Assembly: GCA_030447745.1 (NCBI GenBank)
Contig: JAUJOH010000006.1
Coordinates: 68,217-132,216 of the forward strand
Direction of reading: 5' to 3'
DNA length: 64,000 nt
Source of the DNA: Chloroflexota bacterium
GTDB taxonomy: Bacteria; Chloroflexota; Limnocylindria; Limnocylindrales; CSP1-4
A model generated the notes under the pieces. It made no database searches. It saw only the letters and a list, made by a program, of their open reading frames with translations, and was not told the origin of the DNA. This document shows, piece after piece, positions 56,195-64,000 of this stretch. Made by a program: the position numbers and the translations under genes. Positions within the stretch are counted from its first letter, which is position 1; the number at the start of each line of letters is the position of its first letter.

Positions 56195-57602
56195 CTAGAG
56201 CGCCTTGACCGCCGCGACCAGGTTCGCCAGGCCCTCCCTCGCGTCGGCGAAGAGCATCCCGGTCTTCTCGTTCGTGTAGAGCTCGTTGTCGATGCCCGCG
56301 TAGCCGCGGCCCATCGAGCGCTTGATGACGATGATGTTCCTGGCGCGGTCGACGTCGAGGATCGGCATCCCGGACACCGGCGAGCCGGGCCGGCGGGCGG
56401 CCGGGTTCGTGACGTCGTTGGCGCCGATGACGAGCGCGACGTCGGCGCGCTCGAAGTCGGGGTTGATGTCCTCCATCTCCCGCAGTTGCGGGTAGGGGAT
56501 GTTGGCCTCGGCGAGCAGGACGTTCATGTGGCCCGGCATGCGGCCGGCGACCGGGTGGATCGCGTACTTCACGTCGACGCCGCGGTCCTCGAGCAACTCG
56601 GCCAGCTCGCGGACGGCGTGCTGCGCCTGCGCGACGGCGAGGCCGTAGCCCGGCACGACGATGACGTTCTGCGCATAGGCCAGCTGGATCGCCGCGTCAT
56701 CGACGCCGAGCTCGCGGACGCTGCCGCCGGCGCCCGCCGTCGCGCCGGCCGCGGCATCGCCGCCGCCGAAGCCGCCGATCATGATGTTCATCACGGACCG
56801 GTTCATCGCGTCCGCCATCAGCTTGGTCAGGATCGCGCCGGACGCGCCGACCAGGGCGCCGGCGATGATCAGCACGACGTTGTTGAGTACGAAGCCGGCC
56901 ATCGCCACGGCCGTGCCGGTGAACGAGTTCAGGAGCGAGATGACGACCGGCATGTCCGCCCCGCCGATCGGCAGCGTCATCGTCACGCCGAACACGAGCG
57001 CCGCGGCCAGGATCAGCAGCATGACCGCCGGGCTCTCGTTGCCGACGAACAGGTAGACCGACCCGAGCACGACGATCGCCGCGAGCCCGATCGTGACCAG
57101 CCGACCGCCCGGCACCTGGACCGGCCGCGAGGGCGTGAACGACAGCCCCATCAGCTTGCCTGACGCGACCAGCGAGCCTGTGAACGTGATAGCGCCGATG
57201 ACGATGTCCAGCACGACGAAGACCGTCGTGTCGAGCGGAATATCCCCGGACGACCGCGACAGGTACTCCTCGATCGCGACGAGGGCAGCCGCCCCGCCGC
57301 CGACCGCGTTGAACAGCGAGACCAGCTGCGGCATCGCGGTCATGGCGACTGTCCGCGCCGTGTACAACCCGAGCACGCCGCCGATCGCAATCCCGGTCGC
57401 GACGATTGATCCAGGCGGTCGCGTCGGCACCCTGCCGGAGCACGTGCACCGCCGTGGCCGCGACGGCGACCGCCATCCCTGCGGCGGAGAGGAGGTTGCC
57501 GTTGCGCGCGGTCGCGGGCGAGTTCATCCGCATCAAGCCGATGACGAACGCCGCCGCCCCCGCGAGCCACGCGAGTCGGATCAGGATGTCGATCGCGTCC
57601 AC
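56195..57602 (-). CDS. pntB: NAD(P) transhydrogenase subunit beta, apparent +1 frame disruption at about 57404-57412
   Basis: The TM N-terminus is in frame 57602 (MDAIDILIRLAWLAGAAAFVIGL...). The remainder is in frame 57430, including dIII motifs PGYGLAVAQAQH, HPVAGRMPGHMNVLLAEA and VIGANDV. Total length minus 1 nt gives 469 codons. Confidence 0.9.
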
Positions 57603-57605
57603 GCG

Positions 57606-57938
57606 TCAGCCCTCCGCGCGATCCGCGATCTGGTCCGGGCGCGGAGCGGCCGGTGCGCCGCGCCTGCGGAACATCTGGAGCATCCGGTCCGTGACGACAT
57701 AGCCGCCGACGACGTTCATCGTGGCGAACGCCACGGCGATCAGCGCCAGGAGGTAGCCGGCCGCGTCGTGGGCAGTGGCCGCGATGATCATCGCGCCGAC
57801 GAGCACGATCCCGTGGATCGAGTTGGCGCCGGACATCAGCGGCGTGTGGAGCGTCGCGGGAACCTTCGAGATGACGGCGAACCCGACGAGGATCGCCATC
57901 ACGAAGATCGTGAAGTTGGTCAGCAGCTGCTCACTCAT
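57606..57938 (-). CDS. pntAB: NAD(P) transhydrogenase subunit alpha part 2 (membrane)
   Basis: 110 aa, with HTPLMSGANSIHGIVLVGA. Confidence 0.9.
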   Translation of the reverse strand: MSEQLLTNFTIFVMAILVGFAVISKVPATLHTPLMSGANSIHGIVLVGAMIIAATAHDAAGYLLALIAVAFATMNVVGGYVVTDRMLQMFRRRGAPAAPRPDQIADRAEG

Positions 57939-59104
57939 GCGGCGCCTCCGGCAGGAGCCGGTGCCGGCTCCGGCTCGAGCAGCTTCCTGACCGGTTCGGA
58001 CACCACCTGCCCGTTGTGCGTGATCACCGTTGCCTTCGTGACCTCATCTTCGAAGTCGAGAGTGAGGGCGCCGTCCTTGACCATGCCGAGCAGGAGTGCG
58101 CTGACGTTCCGGGCGTAGAACGCAGAAGCACCGCCCGGCATCGTGGCCGGCAGGTTGTCCGGCGCGATGATCAGGACACCGTTGTCGGTGACGACGGTTT
58201 CGCCCGCCACGGACAGCTCGCAGTTGCCGCCCAGACCGGTCGCCGCCATGTCGACGATGACGGAGCCCGGCTTCATCCGCGCCACCGCGTCGGCCGTCAC
58301 GAGCACCGGCGGCTTGCGCCCCGGGACCTGGGCGGTCGTGATCACCACGTCCATGCCGCCGATCGCCTCGTTGAGCTCGGCCTGCTGCGCCACGCGCTCC
58401 TCCGCCGTGAGCTCGCGGGCGTAGCCGCCGGCGCCGGTGGCGTCGATCGTCGTCTTCAGCTTCAGGAACTGGGCGCCGAGCGACTCCGCCTGCTCCCTCG
58501 TCTCGGGCCGCACGTCGTACGCCCGCACGACGGCGCCCATCCGCCGCGCCGTGCCGATGGCCTGCAGCCCGGCCACGCCGATGCCGAGGATCAGGACGTT
58601 GGCCGGCTTTGCCGTCCCGGCCGCGGTCGTGAGCAGCGGGAAGTAGCGGCCGTAGGCGTTGGCGGCGACGAGGACCGCCTTGTACCCGCCGACGTTCGCC
58701 TGGGAGCTGAGCGCGTCCATCGACTGCGCCCGGGACAGGGTGCGCGGGATGGCGTCCATGCTGATCGCCGTGACGCCTCGCTGGGCCAGCGCCCCCGCGA
58801 GCAGCGGCTCGACGAGCGGCTGGAGGAACCCGATGACGGCCTGACCCGGCCGCAGCTGGCCGACCTCGGCGACGGACGGCCGCTGCACCTTGAGGACCAC
58901 ATCCGACTCGGCGTAGAGCTGGTCAGTCGCGACGATGCGCGCGCCGGCCTCTTCGTATGCCGAGTCGGGGATCAAGGCTTCGCCACCTGCGCCGGCCTCG
59001 ACGAGGACCTCCAGACCAGCCTTCGCGAGGCGGTCGAGCGCTTCGGGTACCAGGGCCACGCGCCGCTCTCCGGGCGCGGTCTCCCTGGCGACACCGACCT
59101 TCAT
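57935..59104 (-). CDS. pntAA: NAD(P) transhydrogenase subunit alpha part 1 (dI, alanine-dehydrogenase-like)
   Basis: MKVGVARETAPGERRVALVPE, the Rossmann motif ILGIGVAGLQAIG and a 4-bp overlap with pntAB support the call. The start is at ATG 59104. Confidence 0.9.
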   Translation of the reverse strand: MKVGVARETAPGERRVALVPEALDRLAKAGLEVLVEAGAGGEALIPDSAYEEAGARIVATDQLYAESDVVLKVQRPSVAEVGQLRPGQAVIGFLQPLVEPLLAGALAQRGVTAISMDAIPRTLSRAQSMDALSSQANVGGYKAVLVAANAYGRYFPLLTTAAGTAKPANVLILGIGVAGLQAIGTARRMGAVVRAYDVRPETREQAESLGAQFLKLKTTIDATGAGGYARELTAEERVAQQAELNEAIGGMDVVITTAQVPGRKPPVLVTADAVARMKPGSVIVDMAATGLGGNCELSVAGETVVTDNGVLIIAPDNLPATMPGGASAFYARNVSALLLGMVKDGALTLDFEDEVTKATVITHNGQVVSEPVRKLLEPEPAPAPAGGAA

Positions 59105-59263
59105 GGGCACCACCTGATGCTGGGCTGGGGAGGTGGACGGGGATGTCGCGCAGAGGATAGCGGAGAACGTCGCCCGGTCCGGGTTGCGATCGGGTGTCGG
59201 CGTCGGCCGCGTGGGTGGTGTCGACGTGGTCTGGCGTGGCCAGCGTGCTGTGCGGCCGTACTC

Positions 59264-59314
59264 CCGGCGGCTCGTATCTGCCGGCGGCTCGTATCTGCCG
59301 GCGGCTCGTATCTG
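59264..59314. repeat. perfect 17-bp tandem direct repeat x3 (CCGGCGGCTCGTATCTG)
   Basis: Read directly. The units are at 59264-59280, 59281-59297 and 59298-59314. The period is not a multiple of 3, and no credible ORF covers the array. Confidence 0.95.
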
Positions 59315-59370
59315 CGACCGACTCGTTCGGTGGGGCGCGACGGTCGTGCCGCCGACGACGTCCCGGGCGG

Positions 59371-59530
59371 CCCAGCGGCTCGTATCTGCGAGCGACTGGT
59401 TCGCTCGCGGCGCGGTGGTCATCCGCTGACCGCTCTCCGGCCGTGTGCGCCGGCGACCTCCACAGACCGGCTGCTCGTATCTGCGAGCGACTGGTTGGCT
59501 CCGCGGCGCAACCGTCGTCCGCTGGCCGCG
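59371..59530. repeat. two further dispersed copies of the CTCGTATCTGCGA core, each followed by a hairpin
   Basis: GGCTCGTATCTGCGAGCGACTGGTTCGCTCGC starts at 59378 (stem GCGAGCG/CGCTCGC), and GCTCGTATCTGCGAGCGACTGGTTGGCTCCGC starts at 59473. The third tandem unit likewise runs into CGACCGACTCGTTCGGTGG (stem ACCGA/TCGGT). Confidence 0.85.
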
Positions 59531-59572
59531 ATCGGGGTCGCCGATGCGGCGGCACTGTAGCGCATCATGCCC

Positions 59573-59594
59573 GTGCGCCGGGGGTCCGGCGCAC
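59573..59594 (-). terminator. hairpin downstream of the XRE-cupin gene (terminator candidate)
   Basis: GTGCGCCGG-gggt-CCGGCGCAC, with a 9-bp perfect stem. It lies about 100 nt past the stop at 59696. Confidence 0.45.
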
Positions 59595-59695
59595 GCGCCA
59601 GGCTCGGAGTCGCGGCAGTGGCCCAGGCAACCAGTGACTCGCATCCACGATGAGCGAGGCGGCAAGGCTGCCGAGCGGGCCACGGGGCGGCCTGG

Positions 59696-60301
59696 TCAGC
59701 CGTTCGGTTCGACTCGCCTGCTGACGATCAGGATCTCGCCGGGGTCGTCGCCGATGACCTCGGCGTCGTGTGGAATCGTGCCATCCCAGGCGACGTAGTC
59801 GCCGGGCTCGAGGACGATCTCGTGGTCGCCCTGGCGCACGCGCCAGCGACCGCTCAGGACCAGGTGGTGCTCCTCGCCGCCGTGCGTGTGCGCGCCAGTC
59901 GCGGCTCCCGCGGGCGCCCAGACCTTGACCATCGAGAAGCCGCGCGACAGCCCGCCGTCGACGCGCTCCAGCCGGCCGCCCGGAGCCTCCGCAAGTACGG
60001 TCACCGGGCGCTCGGCGGCACGCACCACCCGCGGCGGCGCTGTCTCGCTCAACAGGAACCAGGCGGCCGGCACGCCGAGCGCGTCCGCGACCGCGGCGAG
60101 CGTGTCGAGCGACGGCGACGCCTTGTCGTTCTCGATCTGCGACAGGTACCCGATGTTGAGGCCGCTCCGCTCGGCGACCGCGGCAAGCGTCAGACCGCGC
60201 TCGGCGCGCCAGCGGCGGACCTGAGCACCGACCTCGAGGCGGCGGCGCGTTCGCGGTTCGTCCTTGTTGGCTATCCCACAACTCCACTTGACAGTGGCCA
60301 T
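59696..60301 (-). CDS. XRE-family HTH regulator with a C-terminal cupin domain
   Basis: The HTH is VRRWRAERGLTLAAVAERSGLNIGYLSQIENDKASPSLDTLAAVADAL. The cupin part reads GAHTHGGEEHHLVLSGRW...LEPGDYVAWDGTIPH. Confidence 0.85.
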   Translation of the reverse strand: MATVKWSCGIANKDEPRTRRRLEVGAQVRRWRAERGLTLAAVAERSGLNIGYLSQIENDKASPSLDTLAAVADALGVPAAWFLLSETAPPRVVRAAERPVTVLAEAPGGRLERVDGGLSRGFSMVKVWAPAGAATGAHTHGGEEHHLVLSGRWRVRQGDHEIVLEPGDYVAWDGTIPHDAEVIGDDPGEILIVSRRVEPNG

Positions 60302-60329
60302 AACCCGCCGCTATGGTTCCTGTAGCAAA

Positions 60330-60357
60330 AGCATATTGACGACGGCCAAGTCGTCAA
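60330..60357 (-). promoter_or_regulatory. promoter for the XRE-cupin gene (TTGACG-16 nt-TATGCT on the minus strand), overlapped by the perfect inverted repeat TTGACGAC-ggccaa-GTCGTCAA (60336-60357)
   Basis: The hexamers and the 8-bp arms were read directly. The inverted repeat sits immediately 5' of the GAGGAGG RBS of the divergent F420-reductase gene. Confidence 0.45.
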
Positions 60358-60371
60358 GAGGAGGTTCCACC

Positions 60372-60992
60372 GTGAACATCGCCATCATCGGGGCCGGCAA
60401 CGTCGGCCAGGCGCTCGCTGCGTCGTTCAAGCGAGCCGGCCACGACGTCACGCTAGCTGCCCGCGACGCGGACAAGGTCGCGGCTTCCGCGGCGGAGGTC
60501 GGGGTGGCGGCCGCACCATCTTCCCGGGCGGCCGCCGAGGCCGCGGACATCATCGTCCTCGCCGTGCCAGCAGCAGCGTTGGAGGCCCTTACCACGGAGC
60601 TCGCAGGCGCGGTCGACCGCAAGGTCGTCGTCGACGTCACGAACCGGATGAACCCAGATCACGCCGGCCGCTCGAATGCCGAGGACCTCCAAGGGCGGCT
60701 CGGCGCCGCGACCGTCGTGAAGGCGTTCAACACCGCGTTCACATCCCGACAGGCCAAGCCGGCACTCGACGGGGTCGCCGCGGACGGATACGTGGCCGCC
60801 GACGATGAGACCGCCAAGCAGCGTGTCCTCGCGCTCGTCGAGTCGGTCGGCTTCCGGCCGGTGGACGCCGGCCCGCTGGCCGCCTCGCGGATGCTCGAGG
60901 GCATGGCCTGGCTCAACATCAGCCGAAACGCCGAGGGTGGCACCTGGCAGTGCGCATGGGTGATCCTCGAGCCGGGAGCAAAGGCGGCCTGA
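60372..60992 (+). CDS. NADP oxidoreductase, coenzyme F420-dependent family (NADPH-dependent F420 reductase-like)
   Basis: The Rossmann motif is IAIIGAGNVGQALA. The family-typical DIIVLAVP, VKAFNT and GFRPVDAGPL are present. GTG 60372 follows AGAGGAGG. Confidence 0.75.
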   Translation: MNIAIIGAGNVGQALAASFKRAGHDVTLAARDADKVAASAAEVGVAAAPSSRAAAEAADIIVLAVPAAALEALTTELAGAVDRKVVVDVTNRMNPDHAGRSNAEDLQGRLGAATVVKAFNTAFTSRQAKPALDGVAADGYVAADDETAKQRVLALVESVGFRPVDAGPLAASRMLEGMAWLNISRNAEGGTWQCAWVILEPGAKAA

Positions 60993-60995
60993 CCG

Positions 60996-61520
60996 ATGAA
61001 CGACGTCAACACTCGGGCGATCCCCGTCGCCGGACTCAACCACGCCGTCCTGTTCGTCGGTGACGCATCGCGCGCCGCGGAGTTCTACGGCCGGGTGTTC
61101 AGCTTCGAGGTCGTCGACGAACTCGGGGGGCAGGCGATCTTCATGCGCTCGCCGATCGGCGACAACCACCACGACCTCGGGTTGTTCTCGGTTGGTGAGG
61201 GTGCGCCGCGGGCGCCACGCGGCTCGGTGGGGCTCTACCACCTGGCGTGGGAGGTGCCGACGATCGAGGACCTCGCCGATGCCGCCGACATCCTCCGCGA
61301 GGCCGGCGCGCTCGGCGGGGCGAGCGATCACGGCGTGTCGAAGTCGCTCTACGGCGCGGATCCCGAGGGCAACGAGTTCGAGATCATGTGGCGCGTGCCT
61401 CGGGAGGCGTGGGGCGTGTACGAGCGCCAGGCGGTGATCAAGCCACTCGACCTCCAGGCCGAGCTGTCACGGTTCGGCCGCGCGGGGCGCACGGGCATCG
61501 GGTCGCCCACCGTCGGCTGA
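60996..61520 (+). CDS. VOC-family protein (glyoxalase/bleomycin-resistance/extradiol dioxygenase fold)
   Basis: GLNHAVLFVGDASRAAEFY, HHDLGL, LYHLAWEV and DPEGNEFEI are present. Confidence 0.8.
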   Translation: MNDVNTRAIPVAGLNHAVLFVGDASRAAEFYGRVFSFEVVDELGGQAIFMRSPIGDNHHDLGLFSVGEGAPRAPRGSVGLYHLAWEVPTIEDLADAADILREAGALGGASDHGVSKSLYGADPEGNEFEIMWRVPREAWGVYERQAVIKPLDLQAELSRFGRAGRTGIGSPTVG

Positions 61521-61618
61521 GCCGCTCGCCTAGCGACGGACCTGAAACGGCCGCTGGGACGGCGCCAATGCACAGGTCAGCAGGCTGTCGTCAGGCTGGT
61601 GCGACGAGGAGGTGCTCC

Positions 61619-61873
61619 ATGGCGACGCTCGACGCCGAGGACCGCAACGAGCTGCGGGACAGCCAGTTCGCCTACGTCGATCGCGATGGCGAGCGGCATC
61701 TGCCGATCCATGACGAGTCGCACGCGAGGAATGCCGTCTCCCGCTTCCCCCAGACCGACTTCGAGAGTAAGGCCGCCCGCAAGCGGGCCGCGAAGAACGT
61801 GCTGAAGGCAGCGGACCGCTACGGGATCGACGTCGACGAGGACAGCGAGGTCCGCAAGGCCGCCAAGGGATAG
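61619..61873 (+). CDS. small conserved hypothetical protein (84 aa)
   Basis: ATG follows GAGGAGGTG, and the sequence is charged and globular-looking (FAYVDRDGERHLPIHDESHARNAVSRF). No function is inferred. Confidence 0.55.
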   Translation: MATLDAEDRNELRDSQFAYVDRDGERHLPIHDESHARNAVSRFPQTDFESKAARKRAAKNVLKAADRYGIDVDEDSEVRKAAKG

Positions 61874-61940
61874 GGCGCCCACGATTGCTCGCGCGGCCCT
61901 GTGCACGCCGGGCCGCCATGCGCCTCGCGCCGGACGGCGC

Positions 61941-62699
61941 TCAGCCGCCGGCCGCAATCAACAGGACGCTGAGAATCCAGATGTGGGCGACGGCGCTGTA
62001 CAGGATCGAGCCGGTCCGCCAGTCGACCCATCCGTAGATTAGGCCGCCGAGGAGGGTCGAGAACAGCTCGAGCTCCGGCTTGCCGAGATGCGAGAACACG
62101 AACGGGAGCGTCGCGATCAGCACCCCGATCCCACCGAACGTCCGGACCAGCGTGAACATCAGAAAGCCGCGGATCAGGAACTCCGTCGCGACGAGGTCGA
62201 GCGTGTGCGTCGCGACGAGTTCCAGTGGCGTCGCGGCGCTGACGGCGTAGTAGTCGCCGAACTGCGGGACGGCGGCCAGAGCCAGCGCGACCGGCGTCAT
62301 GATCGCGACGCCGATGAGCCCGAGCGCGGCGCCCCACCGCCAGTCGCCCAGCTGCAGCCCGTAGCGACCCGGGCTGTCGCGGAAGACGAGCACGACGATC
62401 GCGAGAGGCACGGCGCCGTACAGGACCGCGCGCTCGATCGCCTGGAAGCGCATCGCCTCCGCCGCGCGACCGAGGACCTGGATCGACTCGGGGATGAAGA
62501 TCCGGGTGTAGTCGAAGACGACGGCCATCGTGACGAACGCGATGGCGACCGCCGCCCGGAACGGCATCTCGAGCCCCACGACGTTGACCGTGCGGAGATC
62601 CTCGCGAGCCGGCGGAAACGCCGGGGCGCGGACGACCGCCGCCGCGAACCGCCGGAATGCGGTCGGCGGCGTGGGTTCGGAGGTCGACGAGCGTGACAC
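61941..62699 (-). CDS. CPBP-family intramembrane glutamic endopeptidase (CAAX protease-like)
   Basis: Motif 1 is VATEFLIRGF, motif 2 is FVFSH, and motif 3 is SAVAHIWIL. The start codon is GTG. Confidence 0.75.
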   Translation of the reverse strand: MSRSSTSEPTPPTAFRRFAAAVVRAPAFPPAREDLRTVNVVGLEMPFRAAVAIAFVTMAVVFDYTRIFIPESIQVLGRAAEAMRFQAIERAVLYGAVPLAIVVLVFRDSPGRYGLQLGDWRWGAALGLIGVAIMTPVALALAAVPQFGDYYAVSAATPLELVATHTLDLVATEFLIRGFLMFTLVRTFGGIGVLIATLPFVFSHLGKPELELFSTLLGGLIYGWVDWRTGSILYSAVAHIWILSVLLIAAGG

Positions 62700-62708
62700 G
62701 GCCCGCGG

Positions 62709-63992
62709 TCAGCCGCCCGGGACCGCGGCGGCCGTTCGGCCGTGCTCGGCCGGGGCGACCTTCGGGACGAGAGTGGCCGCGAAGAAGGCCGCGCCGAGGC
62801 AAGCCGCAATCCCGATCCCGACGGCTGCCTCGATCGAGGTGCCCGCCAGGGCGCCGGACAGCGCAGCGCCGATCGGGTAGCCGCTGAAGTTGAAGGCCAG
62901 CGAGACGGCGAAGGCACGGCCCATCCAGGCGGGATCCGTGCGGCGCTGCCGGACCGTGAAGAGCGCGATGTCGAGCGGTCCCTGGAGGAGGCCGACGAGG
63001 ACCTGCGAGCCGATCAGGAGCGCCAGACCCACCCACGGGTCGACGCGGCCGCCGGGCGAGCCCATACCGGCCGCCGGCAGCATCAGCGCCACGGCCGGTG
63101 CCATGAGGATCATCGGCCAGACGAGCATCGACCACTCTCGACCCCGACTGTCGATCCGCCCCGACAGCAGCACGGACACCATCCCGCTGAGGCCGGACAT
63201 GGCGAACACGGCGCCGACGGCGACCTCGCTGAAGCCGAGCCGGTCGAGGACGATCAGCGGCACGACGATGGTGACCATGCCACCGAACAGGTTGAGCGTC
63301 GCGATCGAGAAGCCGAGGCCGCGGATGGTCGGGTTGCGCCAGGCGTACAGGAGGCCCTGCCACGCATCGGGAAGCAGGCGGCCCGTCGACGCCGACTCCG
63401 TCTTCGGCTCGGGGATGCCGATCATCGAGACGGCCGCCACGCCGTAGGCGAGGCCCACGCCGATCAGCGCGACCGGCCCGCCGGCGACCGCGACGAGCCC
63501 GGCGGCGATCGGCGGGCCGAGGATCGTGGCCACCACATAGCCATTCGAGTCGACCGCATTGACCCGCTCCCAGAGGTGCCGCGGCGTGATGATCGGGAAC
63601 AGGCTGCGGAGCCCGGTCTGGCTCAGCACGGACGTCAGCGAGGAGACCGCCGTGATCGCGACGAGGAGCGCGGGCGGCAGCGCGTCGAGCAGCGCCAGCA
63701 CGCCCAGGACGGCCAGCGTCCCGAGCGCGACGAGGTAGTCGAGGGTGATCAACCGGATGCGGCCGCGCCGATCGAGCAGCGCGCCGGCCACCGGGCTGAT
63801 GACGAGGCCCGGGAAGACGCTGACGAAGGTGACGAGGCCGGCGAGGGCCGGCGAGTCGTACTCGGCCAGCGTGAAGAGCACGATCGCGACACCGACCATC
63901 GACTGCGCGATCCGGGCGATCTGCATGGCCAGCAGCGTCCGACCGAGCGTCGGCACGGCGAGGAGCGCCCGGTAGGAGCGGTCGAGATGCAC
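62709..63992 (-). CDS. MFS transporter
   Basis: 427 aa with about 12 TM segments and an MFS loop motif GALLDRRGRIRL between TM2 and TM3. Confidence 0.85.
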   Translation of the reverse strand: MHLDRSYRALLAVPTLGRTLLAMQIARIAQSMVGVAIVLFTLAEYDSPALAGLVTFVSVFPGLVISPVAGALLDRRGRIRLITLDYLVALGTLAVLGVLALLDALPPALLVAITAVSSLTSVLSQTGLRSLFPIITPRHLWERVNAVDSNGYVVATILGPPIAAGLVAVAGGPVALIGVGLAYGVAAVSMIGIPEPKTESASTGRLLPDAWQGLLYAWRNPTIRGLGFSIATLNLFGGMVTIVVPLIVLDRLGFSEVAVGAVFAMSGLSGMVSVLLSGRIDSRGREWSMLVWPMILMAPAVALMLPAAGMGSPGGRVDPWVGLALLIGSQVLVGLLQGPLDIALFTVRQRRTDPAWMGRAFAVSLAFNFSGYPIGAALSGALAGTSIEAAVGIGIAACLGAAFFAATLVPKVAPAEHGRTAAAVPGG

Positions 63993-64000
63993 CGGCGACG

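Noticed and set aside
59264-59530. Possible CRISPR array, suggested by the repeated CTCGTATCTG units.
   Set aside because: The three main units are contiguous with no spacers and the repeat is only 17 bp. The dispersed copies have unequal spacing, and no cas genes are present.

Overview
This is a 64 kb window of very high-GC (about 70% or more) bacterial chromosome. The gene content looks Actinomycetota-like (UdgX, DUF2029/GT87, F420 reductase, PntAB, many GGAGG Shine-Dalgarno sites and leaderless-type starts), but the species cannot be named from sequence alone. Coding density is high and most long antisense ORFs are GC-driven shadow ORFs. Recognisable blocks, in order:
(1) 1-8.7 kb: an arabino/xylo-oligosaccharide locus with galT, two GH43 hydrolases, a sugar ABC binding protein plus two permeases, and an ArsR-type regulator.
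(2) 9.3-13.8 kb: an envelope module with a LolA-like protein, a small secreted protein, an ECF sigma factor, a membrane beta-propeller and a lipoprotein beta-propeller.
(3) 13.8-17 kb: a fumarase/aspartase-family lyase, a GNAT and an alpha/beta hydrolase.
(4) 17.2-28.1 kb: a phenylacetate catabolon (two crotonases, TetR/PaaR, paaABCD, 3-hydroxyacyl-CoA dehydrogenase, 3-oxoadipyl-CoA thiolase). It is interrupted by two tandem GT87-like membrane glycosyltransferases and by a vapBC toxin-antitoxin pair.
(5) 28-34 kb: patatin, erpA, a LON-N-domain protein, proline dehydrogenase, a Moco oxidoreductase, GT2 and a flippase-like protein.
(6) 34.5-38.3 kb: an Opu-type compatible-solute ABC transporter.
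(7) 38.5-44.5 kb: GNAT, ATP-dependent DNA ligase, a hypothetical protein, rhodanese and a class-V aminotransferase.
(8) 44.5-46.6 kb: modAB plus an HTH-TOBE regulator.
(9) 46.7-49.7 kb: a tRNA-Ile with anticodon UAU, followed by a UdgX-type uracil-DNA glycosylase and a DPPY DNA methyltransferase.
(10) 50-64 kb: a roughly 1100-aa LuxR/STAND regulator, cupredoxin, alaX, GT1, pntAA-pntAB-pntB, XRE-cupin, F420 reductase, VOC, CPBP and MFS.
I saw no rRNA, CRISPR array, transposase or integrase.
Observations most worth a second look: the bacterial tRNA-Ile(UAU); the UdgX/methylase pair beside it; an iteron-like 17-bp x3 (plus 2) repeat array with hairpin-bearing units upstream of the pnt operon; a contiguous 9-unit heptad array in a 675-bp convergent spacer; and vapBC sitting in the paaE slot.
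Main caveat: at least 11 single-base frame disruptions hit 9 otherwise well-conserved genes. This points to assembly indel errors (or, less likely, real gene decay).
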